Program-made: the position numbers and the translations under genes
Part shown: positions 39,667 through 48,286 of the stretch, one piece after another
Layout: each line of letters begins with the position of its first letter
Position numbering within the stretch: position 1 is the first letter of the stretch
The notes under the pieces: generated by a model
Databases searched by the model: none
What the model was told of the DNA's origin: nothing
Seen by the model: the letters and a program-made list of their open reading frames with translations, nothing else
Source: Myxococcales bacterium
GTDB taxonomy: Bacteria; Myxococcota_A; UBA9042; JABWCM01; BTVJ01
Assembly (NCBI GenBank): GCA_045863395.1
Contig: BTVJ01000008.1
Location: forward strand, 64,001-128,000
Reading direction: 5' to 3'
Length of the DNA stretch: 64,000 nt

Positions 39667-42600
39667 TCAGCGGGGTCTGTCGTCGCGAGGGTCGCCTGTA
39701 CCGGTGAGGGCGGCCAGGTCCCACCGCAGCGCCGTCGCGTCCCAGCTCCCCGTGACGAACGTGTCGGAGCCCGGGGCGAAGGACACGCTCGTGATCACGT
39801 TCCGGTGCGCCACGAGGCGGGTGACGCGGCGCTTCTCTCTCAGATCCCAGACCATGAGGTCGCCGAAGATGTCGCCCGTGACCAGGCGCTGGCCGTCCGG
39901 CGCGAAGGCGATGGCCTCCGTGGTCGTGCCGTGGCCCTCCAGCGAGGCGATGAGCTTGCCCCCGGGTGACCACACGCGGATCCCATCCTGCCCGGCGGCC
40001 GCCAGGCGGCCATCCGCCGCGAACGCCACGCCGGTGATGCGCTCCTCCCCGAGCTCCAGCGTCGCGACCTCGGCGCCTGCCCCGTCGCGGAGCTCGACGG
40101 TGTTGCCGCGGACCACGGCGATGCGGGCTCCGCCGGGGCCCAGGGCCATGAGGTCTGCCGCGCCCTCCTCCTCCCAGAGGGTCCGAACCCGGCGGCGCGC
40201 CTCCAGATCGTAGAGGGCTGCTCCCTCGACCTCCGTCGCGACGAGGAGGGCGCCGTCGGGGCTGACCGCGCACGGAGTCATGAGGGACCCGGTGGCGATG
40301 GTGGTCTCGGCGCCGTCGGGGAGGGACAGGACGCGGATCGCGCCCTCCTCCAACAGCACGGCCCGCCTCCCCCCCGGCACGAGGGCGACCGCCACCACGT
40401 CGCGCTCGGCGACCAGCGCAGCGCTCGGGCTGAAAGCGCGCAGGGCGCCGTCCCAGGTGAGGGCGCCCTCGGGACCGATGGACACGTGCCTGACCCACCC
40501 CGTATGGCCGTCGTGGCTCAGCGTCGCGGCCCCCTTGGCCCAGGACCAGAGCTCCACTGCGTGGTCGCGGCCCACCACGAAGGCGTCCGCCGTCGGCCCC
40601 GCAGCGACCATGGAGTGAGGCCCGACGCGCACGCGGCGCTGAGGCTTGCCGGGGCGGGCGAGGTCGATGAGCGCCACGTGCTCCTTGGTGCGCACGATCA
40701 CCTGGCCGTGGGGGGTGAGCGCAGAGCCAACGGCGTCGGCCAGATCCGGCAGGCGGTGCTCGATGGGCACGTCGCCGTCATCGTCCTCGCCGTCCTCGTC
40801 GTATTCGTCGTCCTCGCCCTCGGGAGCCACGACCGCCACGGCCTGCTCGTCCGCGACGACGAGCCGCCCGTCGGGGAGAAACCACGGGGCGCCCGAGCCC
40901 GCATGGTGGAGCGACACCTCCCCCGCCGCGGAGACCCGCGCCAGCTCGCCCTTGCTCGTAGTCACCGCCAGCGCGCCGTCGGGGCCAGACGCGATGGCAC
41001 GCACCGCGCCCTCGGCCCCCGTCTCGACGACCCGCGCCGGCTCCCCATCCGCGCTGACGAACCGCAGGGCTCCCCCCGCGCCGCCAACCACCAGGCCGCC
41101 GTCGGGAGCCGTCCCGAGCGCCTTGCACGAGAGCCGGGTCACCGCCGCCTTGCGGCCAGCCGCCAGGTCCCAGAGCACCAGGCGGCCGAGCAGTGAGTCG
41201 CACGCCGCGAGCCGGTCGCCGGAGAGGAACCGCATCGGTCCGCCGCCGATCTCCGACTGGCGGAGCCTGTGCACGAGGGACCCGTCGGCAGTGCTCCAGA
41301 CGGTGATCCACTCGCCCTCCTCGCCGCCGGTGGCGAGGAGCCGCCCGTCCGGCGAGAGGGCGACCTCCTTGACCTCGTCGGGCGCGCGGAGGCGCTCGCT
41401 GCCGAGCCGCGCGTCGGCGCAGGCGAGGGCGTCTCCGGCGGAGTCGGTGCGGGGCGCGCAGAGGGGAGGGCGCAGCAGCCGGTCCTCGCGGCCGCGGTGG
41501 CGAGTGACCTCCATGCCCACCTCGTCCGGGTCGTCGCCCCTGTCGGCTCCCTTGCCGACCAGGTCCCGCGCCAGGTCCCAGCGCACCACCGTCGTGTCGT
41601 CGAGCGCCACGAAGAGCTGCCGGCCCGTCGGGTCCAGCGCCACGGCGCGGATCCGGTCATCAGGGCGCCGGATGTGGGCCCGGACGGCGCCGCTCTTCGC
41701 GTCGAGCGCCCAGACGTGGCCGTCCGAGTCGCCTGTGATCAGCTCGCGCCCGCCAGCGGCCCACACCGCCGTAGACAGCGTCATTCCCCCGCTGACCGCC
41801 GACAGGGTGGGGGCTCCCGTCGCCACGTCGAAGAGCCACAGGTCGTCGCCGCCCGCGGCCCCGAGCGTGCGGCCGTCCGGAGAGAAGCCCACCCAGCGGA
41901 GGGTCTCCGGGTAGGCGTCGTCCAGCCTCGCGACCAGCCTGCCCGTGGCCCCGTCGTGGAGCCGGACGATCCCCATGGTGTTGCCCGTCGCCAGCAGGGC
42001 GCCGTCCGGGGACCAGGCGAGGGCTGAGACGGTCGTATCGTCCTCCCAGCGCTCCCAGGCGATGGGCCCCAGCCCACCGGTCTGCACCAGGACCGCTCCG
42101 TCGCGCCCGCCCGTCGCCAGGCGCTGCCCATCGGGCGACCACGCCACGGCGGTCACGCCGCGCTCGTGGGTGAAGGCCGAGGCCAGGAGCTGGCCCGAGG
42201 CCGTGTCCCAGACCCGCGCGCGCTGGTCGAGGCTCCCCGCGGCCAGGCGCGCCCCGTCGGGCGACAGCGCGAGGGACGTGACGCGCGCGGAGCCCTCGCC
42301 GAGGCGCATGAGCTCGGTCCGGCTCGCCGTGTCCCAGACCACCACGTCCGAGCCGCCCAGGGCGTAGAGGCGCGCGCCGTCCGGGCTCACCGCCATGGCG
42401 CCGACCGGCGCCAGGTGGCCGCGAGGCTCCCGGGGAATCTCCGTGCCGTCGCGCGTCCAGGACCGGAGCGCCCCGTCCCCCCCGCCGCCCCAGATGGTGC
42501 CGTCTGCGGCCATTGCGACCGCGGTCCCGCCGAGCGTGTCCGTGAGCAGGGTGGCCCGGCGGCCCGCACGCTCCAGGAGGTGGATGGCTCCGTCGTAGCC

Positions 42601-43458
42601 GGCGGCGACCGCCACGCTGGCGTCGTCGGCGATGGCGAGGCTCGTGATCATGTAGGACGAGCCGGTGTCCACGGTGGTGGCCAGGTCCGCGTCGAAGAAC
42701 CGCACGACGCCTGCCCGATCCGCAGTGACGAGGCGACCATCGGGCGTGGACGCGAGCGCCGTCACCTCCGAGTCTCCGTGGGGCAGCCCGCGCGGCTCTG
42801 CCACGCCCATGGTCCAGACGCTGGCACCCGTCGCGCCGCCTGCAACGACGCTCTCGCTGGTCACCAGCACCGCCCGCACCTCTCCACCCAGGCTCCCGGC
42901 GTGCCGCGCGGCGCCGGTTGCGGCGTCACGGACCTCGACGGACCCCTCTTTGCACCCCCACGCGACCAGCGCCCCGTCGGGCGACAGGGCGAGGGCGGTC
43001 ACGGAGCACGTCACCGCCACGCGCTTGCGCTCCGCGCCCGACGCGACATCGACGATGGCGACGCGCGCCCCGTCCCCGTAGCCGCCGGTCGTCGCGAGGG
43101 TGGTGCCGTCGGACGACAGGGCGACCGGGTCGTTGGTGTCGAAGGTGCGCAGGTGCGCGCCGGTCCCGGGGTCGACCAGCGTGGCGCTCCTGTGGCGCCG
43201 CGCCGCGACGAGGGTCTTGCCATCCCGGCTCACCGCGAGCCAGTCGAGCCCCGGGACGCGCCACCGGGTGGTGCCGTAGCTCACCTCCTGCGACGGTGAA
43301 GGTGGCGCCGGTGCCGCTGCTTGGGGGGGCTCGGGCGGAGGCTGCGTCGCCCGCACCTCGGCCTGCTCCTCGGAGGGCCGGGTCACCACCGCGACCGCCG
43401 CGACGGCACCGAGGACGAGGAACGCCAGACCGGCGCGCATGGCGGCTTGAGAGCTCAT
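39667..43458 (-). CDS. Large secreted or membrane-anchored WD40 repeat protein
   Basis: N-terminal hydrophobic segment; many SPDG..LA.G..D..VR.WD repeats. Confidence 0.88.
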   Translation of the reverse strand: MSSQAAMRAGLAFLVLGAVAAVAVVTRPSEEQAEVRATQPPPEPPQAAAPAPPSPSQEVSYGTTRWRVPGLDWLAVSRDGKTLVAARRHRSATLVDPGTGAHLRTFDTNDPVALSSDGTTLATTGGYGDGARVAIVDVASGAERKRVAVTCSVTALALSPDGALVAWGCKEGSVEVRDAATGAARHAGSLGGEVRAVLVTSESVVAGGATGASVWTMGVAEPRGLPHGDSEVTALASTPDGRLVTADRAGVVRFFDADLATTVDTGSSYMITSLAIADDASVAVAAGYDGAIHLLERAGRRATLLTDTLGGTAVAMAADGTIWGGGGDGALRSWTRDGTEIPREPRGHLAPVGAMAVSPDGARLYALGGSDVVVWDTASRTELMRLGEGSARVTSLALSPDGARLAAGSLDQRARVWDTASGQLLASAFTHERGVTAVAWSPDGQRLATGGRDGAVLVQTGGLGPIAWERWEDDTTVSALAWSPDGALLATGNTMGIVRLHDGATGRLVARLDDAYPETLRWVGFSPDGRTLGAAGGDDLWLFDVATGAPTLSAVSGGMTLSTAVWAAGGRELITGDSDGHVWALDAKSGAVRAHIRRPDDRIRAVALDPTGRQLFVALDDTTVVRWDLARDLVGKGADRGDDPDEVGMEVTRHRGREDRLLRPPLCAPRTDSAGDALACADARLGSERLRAPDEVKEVALSPDGRLLATGGEEGEWITVWSTADGSLVHRLRQSEIGGGPMRFLSGDRLAACDSLLGRLVLWDLAAGRKAAVTRLSCKALGTAPDGGLVVGGAGGALRFVSADGEPARVVETGAEGAVRAIASGPDGALAVTTSKGELARVSAAGEVSLHHAGSGAPWFLPDGRLVVADEQAVAVVAPEGEDDEYDEDGEDDDGDVPIEHRLPDLADAVGSALTPHGQVIVRTKEHVALIDLARPGKPQRRVRVGPHSMVAAGPTADAFVVGRDHAVELWSWAKGAATLSHDGHTGWVRHVSIGPEGALTWDGALRAFSPSAALVAERDVVAVALVPGGRRAVLLEEGAIRVLSLPDGAETTIATGSLMTPCAVSPDGALLVATEVEGAALYDLEARRRVRTLWEEEGAADLMALGPGGARIAVVRGNTVELRDGAGAEVATLELGEERITGVAFAADGRLAAAGQDGIRVWSPGGKLIASLEGHGTTTEAIAFAPDGQRLVTGDIFGDLMVWDLREKRRVTRLVAHRNVITSVSFAPGSDTFVTGSWDATALRWDLAALTGTGDPRDDRPR

Positions 43459-43540
43459 GACGGGCCACCACCGTAGCGCGGCGAGGTCCCTACGGCAATG
43501 GGCAAGGCGGAGTGGCGGCGAGGCAGATCCCCGAGCGGCA

Positions 43541-43583
43541 CTGTGCGCGCACACTCCCGCACGGGCCACCGCTGTGCGCGCAC
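43541..43583. promoter_or_regulatory. Putative enhancer (UAS) pair
   Basis: CTGTGCGCGCAC at 43541 and 43572, 31 bp apart, each containing the palindrome GTGCGCGCAC. Confidence 0.55.
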
Positions 43584-43650
43584 GCCCTCAAGACACCCCG
43601 GTCTGTACGTTTTCAGCATGAATCCAGTCAGTTGCGCCAGCAGCGCGCCC

Positions 43651-43665
43651 TGGCACGGCGGTTGC
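43651..43665 (+). promoter_or_regulatory. sigma54 (-24/-12) promoter
   Basis: TGGCAC-GGCGG-TTGC matches the consensus; 52 bp upstream of an ATG with SD AGGAGG. Confidence 0.75.
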
Positions 43666-43717
43666 GAAGGTCCCCGGCAGGTCAGACAGAGAACCCCATG
43701 GAGCAATAGGAGGTCCC

Positions 43718-46204
43718 ATGAAGACTCGATGGAAGCTCGGAGCGTTGCTGGTGGTCGCGGGGCTCGGAGGCGCGTGCGACTCCACGCCGACCCCTGGGAG
43801 CAGCGTGGGGGGCAGCTCCCTCATCGCGACGGGGACGGTGCGCGGCCAGGTGGGCGGCGAGATCGGACAGCGGGTGAGCCCGGCGCTCGCCGCGTCCGGC
43901 TCGGCGTCCGGGACCATCCAGGCCACCGCCGTCCGTGCCGTGGACCTGGGCGACGGGTCCGTCCTGGCTGCCGGGGTCGTCGGCGCGGACGGCGCCTTCG
44001 TGTTGCACGGCGTTCCCACCCAAGAGGCGCCGTTCCTGGTGGAGGCCATCGACGCGGCCGGCGAGATCGTCGCCCAGGTGCTCGTGCCCGGGCCCCTGAA
44101 GGCGGGCAGCGAGCTCGTCACCATGCCGCTCGGCGCCGAGACCACGGCCGAGGCGCAGGCCTGGGCGGAGCTGGCCTCCGCGGGCGCAGCGCCGGACCCC
44201 ATCGCGCTGTCCATGCTCGTGAGCGCGGAGATGGCGTCCTCCCTGTCCGCCGGCGCCAACTGGTCGGAGGCCGTGGGCGCCGGAGTGCAGGCGTGGGGTC
44301 ACGCCCTCGCCCACCTGTCGTCGGACGCGACCGCGAGCGCCGTCGCAGAGGCCCGCGCGCAGGCGTGGGCGGAGCTGGCCGCCGCGCTGGACGCCGCCGC
44401 CACCGCCGAGGAGGAGCAGCAGGCGTGGGCCACCTTCTCCTCCAACGTCACCGCCGCCATCGAGGCCGCCACGGGGCTCGACGCCGGCGCCCAGGCCGCG
44501 GCCACTGCGGCAGCCGGGCACGCCATGCTGGCGGCGACCGACGGGGCGCAGGTCGGCGACGCCGCGGTCACCCACGCGGTGGCGGCGAGCGCGGCGCTCT
44601 CGGCGCGGGCCCACCAGCAGGCGCAGCTCGACGCGGCGGCCGAGCTGGACCAGAGCGTCCTGGCAGCGGTCGAGGGGGCCTACGAGGCCTGGTTCGAGGC
44701 GGTGGCGAGCGCCACGACGCTGGGCGCCATCGAGGCTGCTCAGGCCGACCTGGCCGCGGCCCTGGACGGGGGCGCGGAGTCTGCGCTTGGCGCAGCGCTG
44801 GGCCTGATCGGCGGCGACGCCCAGGTGGCGGCCATCGTGGGCGCGGCCGCGGCGGCGCAGGGCTCCCTGGACGGCGCGCTCGGCGCATCCGCCTCCCCGG
44901 AGGGCATCGCGGAGGCCTTCGCGAGCTTCCACGGGGCCATGCAGGCCGCCGCCGAGGCCGCCATGCAGGGCGGGGCCAGCGCGCCCCTCGTCGACCTCGC
45001 CGCCTCGGCGGCCGCGCAGGCGGCGTTCGCCGGGTCGCTGGTCCCGCCGAGCACCGGGGAGGGTGCGGCCGTCGATGGGGCGCCTGCCGGCGACGGTGAG
45101 GCCACGGTGGACGGCGCGGGCGACGGCCAGGCGACCGGCGAGGGGACGGTGGAGGCAACGGTGGAGGGGACGGTGGAGGCTGCGGGAGACGCAAGCGCCA
45201 GTGGGAGCGCCGGCGCACTGGTGGAGGGCCTGGACACGGGCATGGCCGGGGCCGTCGATGCCGCCGTCATCGCCATCGACGAGGCGGGCGCCGTGACGGT
45301 GATCGGGGACGGCACGGTCAGCGGCGGCGTGTGGACCGTGGTGCTCGACGCTGCGGCCCAGGCGGAGCTGGCGGCGCTCGTGCTGACGGACCTCTCCGGC
45401 GAGATCGTCGGCGCCGCCTTGATCTCTGGCGGCGTGGACGGTGGCTTCGAGGCGCCCGACCTGACCGCGCAGACCACCGCCCAGGTGGAGGTGCTGCTCG
45501 CCTCTCTGGAAGGGGGCGCCACCCCCTCGCAGGTGGACATGGAGCTGCTCGTGAGCTTGATCTCCGGGGCCACTGCGACCGCCATCGTCGCAGAGGACGG
45601 CGCAGCGGCGGCCAGCGCGGCCCTGGAGCTGGCGGCGGCCGTCCAGGCGAAGGCGGAGCAGGCGGGGGCCTCCTCAGCGATGATCGTCGCCGAGGTCTCC
45701 GCGGCCTTCGAGGCGGCCATGGCGAGCTCCGGCTCGACGCTGCCGTCCGCCGTGGACGCGGAGACGCAGGTGGCCAACGCCATCGCCGCCACCGCAGCCC
45801 TGCAGGCGGCGGGGAAGTCAGGGGCGGTGGCCGCCCTCCAGGCGCTGGTCCAGGCGACGGCGGAGGCCACGTCCGGCAGCGAGATCCAGGCTGCCGGCGC
45901 TGCCTTCGAGGAAACCCTGCTGGCGAGCCTGAAGGGCGATCTGCTGGCGGGCCTCAGCCTCCCCCTCGGGCTGGACGCTGCCATGGCGGCCTCCGCCGCG
46001 GCCAAGGCCGAGCTGGCAGCCACCATCCAGCAGGTGGTCGGGGAGGGCGACGTCGAGACCCAGGCGGCGCTGATCGTCCAGGCCTTCGCGACCTTGAGCG
46101 GCGAGACCTCCACCGCCTTCGAGAAGCTCCCGCTTGGCAGCGCGAGCGCGACCATCGAGGCCATCACCCTGCTCAACGCCGGCCTCTACGGGACCTCCTT
46201 CTAG
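43718..46204 (+). CDS. Ala-rich acidic lipoprotein with internal duplication
   Basis: Lipobox LGGAC; two beta-plus-helical modules (GEIVAQVLV...ETTAEAQ and GEIVGAALI...QTTAQVE). Confidence 0.78.
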   Translation: MKTRWKLGALLVVAGLGGACDSTPTPGSSVGGSSLIATGTVRGQVGGEIGQRVSPALAASGSASGTIQATAVRAVDLGDGSVLAAGVVGADGAFVLHGVPTQEAPFLVEAIDAAGEIVAQVLVPGPLKAGSELVTMPLGAETTAEAQAWAELASAGAAPDPIALSMLVSAEMASSLSAGANWSEAVGAGVQAWGHALAHLSSDATASAVAEARAQAWAELAAALDAAATAEEEQQAWATFSSNVTAAIEAATGLDAGAQAAATAAAGHAMLAATDGAQVGDAAVTHAVAASAALSARAHQQAQLDAAAELDQSVLAAVEGAYEAWFEAVASATTLGAIEAAQADLAAALDGGAESALGAALGLIGGDAQVAAIVGAAAAAQGSLDGALGASASPEGIAEAFASFHGAMQAAAEAAMQGGASAPLVDLAASAAAQAAFAGSLVPPSTGEGAAVDGAPAGDGEATVDGAGDGQATGEGTVEATVEGTVEAAGDASASGSAGALVEGLDTGMAGAVDAAVIAIDEAGAVTVIGDGTVSGGVWTVVLDAAAQAELAALVLTDLSGEIVGAALISGGVDGGFEAPDLTAQTTAQVEVLLASLEGGATPSQVDMELLVSLISGATATAIVAEDGAAAASAALELAAAVQAKAEQAGASSAMIVAEVSAAFEAAMASSGSTLPSAVDAETQVANAIAATAALQAAGKSGAVAALQALVQATAEATSGSEIQAAGAAFEETLLASLKGDLLAGLSLPLGLDAAMAASAAAKAELAATIQQVVGEGDVETQAALIVQAFATLSGETSTAFEKLPLGSASATIEAITLLNAGLYGTSF

Positions 46205-46209
46205 GACCC

Positions 46210-47181
46210 TCAGAAGCTCCACGCGGCCGTCGCGAGCGCTCCCCCGGGGATGGGAGCGGCGCTCACGGCGGGCGCGTCCACCGCGTCGGCGATCAGCAGC
46301 GCCACCCCCACCGCCAGCGCGCCGCCCCCCACCGCATAGCCCACGTTGGCCACCGTCGCGAAGGTGTCGGCCTCACCGGCGAGCCGCTCGTGCTCGCTCC
46401 GGGTGTGGTCGCGGGGCAGGAGCCCATTGGCCTCCTCGGCCCGCTGGTCCGCGAGCACACCCAAGGCTACCCCCGTCGCGAGCACCGCGAGCCCCACGCC
46501 GGCCGTCGCCCAGCCCGCGGCGGCCAGGTCGCCGGATGGCGGCCCTGCGAGAGCGGGCCCGTCCGTCTGGAGCACGGGCTCGGGCGCGGGCTCCGCCGCC
46601 GGTTCGGGCTCCGGGAAGGGCTCGAGGACCTCGATGATCGCCTGGCCGTGCTCGGCGATGACCACCGGAGTCTCCTTCGCCACGTACCCCGCGCGGGTCG
46701 CCCGAAGCGTCTGCGCCCCCACGGGCAGCTCCACCTCCAGCGGGCTCGTGCCCAGGGGGCGCCAGGATCCGCCAGCGTCCCGCACGCCGACGTCCGCCGC
46801 AGGCTGGGTGGCGATGCGCACGAGGCGCACGCCGCGGTTCTCCCGGTCCGTCTCGCGGAGCACGCGGAGCTGGAGCTCCACCACGGCCCGGTCCGGGGCC
46901 TGGGGCAGGAGCCTCAGGTAGTCTTCGTACCCCTCGATGGCGTCTCTGATGCGCCCCCCGCGCTCGCTGCACTTGCCGATGTTGAAGGCGTACCGCTCGC
47001 TGGGCACCGCCGCCTGAGCCGCCCGGTACGAGGCGACGCAGTCGTCGTAGCGCCCCTCGGCAAACGCCTGACGGCCGGCGCGGTCGTGCTTCTCCGCATC
47101 TTCCCGTGCGGTGGGGGGCGATCCATGCGCTTGAGGCAGGTGCGCCCAGGTCACCGCCACTGCGAGGGCAACGCGCCTCAT
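46210..47181 (-). CDS. TPR + PEGA domain protein
   Basis: TPR (GRQAFAEGRY...FNIGKC...YEDYL), PEGA (TQPAADV...LGTSP...RAGY), hydrophobic hairpin, ends ...AWSF. ATGA overlap with the upstream gene. Confidence 0.8.
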   Translation of the reverse strand: MRRVALAVAVTWAHLPQAHGSPPTAREDAEKHDRAGRQAFAEGRYDDCVASYRAAQAAVPSERYAFNIGKCSERGGRIRDAIEGYEDYLRLLPQAPDRAVVELQLRVLRETDRENRGVRLVRIATQPAADVGVRDAGGSWRPLGTSPLEVELPVGAQTLRATRAGYVAKETPVVIAEHGQAIIEVLEPFPEPEPAAEPAPEPVLQTDGPALAGPPSGDLAAAGWATAGVGLAVLATGVALGVLADQRAEEANGLLPRDHTRSEHERLAGEADTFATVANVGYAVGGGALAVGVALLIADAVDAPAVSAAPIPGGALATAAWSF

Positions 47182-48230
47182 GGACCGTCCACCTTCAGCA
47201 GGAAGTGCTGCTTGTTGCACGTGTCCACCGAGAAGTCCACCGTGCCAGCACCCTGTGTCCAGGCCCCCTTGCTGTCCAGCCCACCCTGGAGGCCGGGCAG
47301 CTCCGTCACCTTGCCCCCGACGTCCACGCTCACCTTGCTCAGCGTCCCGCTGACGGCCTTGGGGAGCAGGCACGGGACCTGCTCCTGGACATTGAAGGCG
47401 CCGAAGCGTGCCAGCCAGCGGCTCTCCGTCGTGGTGTCCCAGTCGATGCTCGCCCCGCCGTCGGCCTTGGCCACGAGCTTCACCGCCACGAGCGCAGTCG
47501 GGTCCGCGGGGGTAGCCTGGGCGCTGACGTCGAGCTGCACTGCAGCACTCTTTGCCGCGGTGATGCTGCCAGACGCGGCGAGGCTCTGGCCGCCCCGGGT
47601 CACTCGCCCCTGGAGGAGCAGCGAATCGTTCTGCCCGGTCACACGCAGAAACACCGCGTTGTCGCAGGCCGCCACCTCGGTGAGCACACCGCCCGACACC
47701 GCTTGGACCGGGTTGGGGCAGAGCCCCAGGTCGACGAAGGCGCCGTTGGCGGCGGTGACGGTGCTCAGCTTCAGACTCCAGTGGATGGGCAGGGGGGCGG
47801 GGCCTGCATCGACGTCCCCAGAGCCCGCGTCCTGGGCGCCCGCGTCCTGGGCCCCCGCGTCCTGGGTGGAGTCACCCGCGTCGGGGCCAGCGTCCCCGCC
47901 CCCAGCGTCCTCGAGGACTCCGACATCCAGGGCACCTGCGTCCGGCACACCGCCGTCGTGTCCCGGATCACCGAGGTCTCCTCCCACGGCGTCCGCGAGC
48001 GCCAAGTCGTCTCCCACGTCTACGGCCGCCCCGTCTCCCACGGCATCCGTGGCACCGGCCGCCCCGTCTGGTCCACCCGCGAGCCCGTCGCCGAGGACGT
48101 CGCCTGCCACGCACGTCCCCGAAACGCACCGCTCCCCGACGAAGCACTCCGCGTCCGATGCGCAGCGGTCGCGGGGAGCGATCTCAGGGACGCAGGCAGC
48201 GCAGGCGAGCAGGGGCAGCAGGAGGCGCAT
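47178..48230 (-). CDS. Hypothetical lipoprotein
   Basis: LLACAAC lipobox, Cys-rich motif, DAG-rich linker, beta-rich C-terminal domain. Confidence 0.72.
   Translation of the reverse strand: MRLLLPLLACAACVPEIAPRDRCASDAECFVGERCVSGTCVAGDVLGDGLAGGPDGAAGATDAVGDGAAVDVGDDLALADAVGGDLGDPGHDGGVPDAGALDVGVLEDAGGGDAGPDAGDSTQDAGAQDAGAQDAGSGDVDAGPAPLPIHWSLKLSTVTAANGAFVDLGLCPNPVQAVSGGVLTEVAACDNAVFLRVTGQNDSLLLQGRVTRGGQSLAASGSITAAKSAAVQLDVSAQATPADPTALVAVKLVAKADGGASIDWDTTTESRWLARFGAFNVQEQVPCLLPKAVSGTLSKVSVDVGGKVTELPGLQGGLDSKGAWTQGAGTVDFSVDTCNKQHFLLKVDGP
47824..47866. repeat. 15-bp coding tandem repeat x3 (QDAGA)
   Basis: CCCGCGTCCTGGG(CG/CC/T) three times in the linker of the 47178 gene. Confidence 0.7.
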
Positions 48231-48286
48231 GGTCTCCCTATACCGGGCCGCGGACGGGGAGCGCAAGGGCGCGCCCTCGTCGCCCA

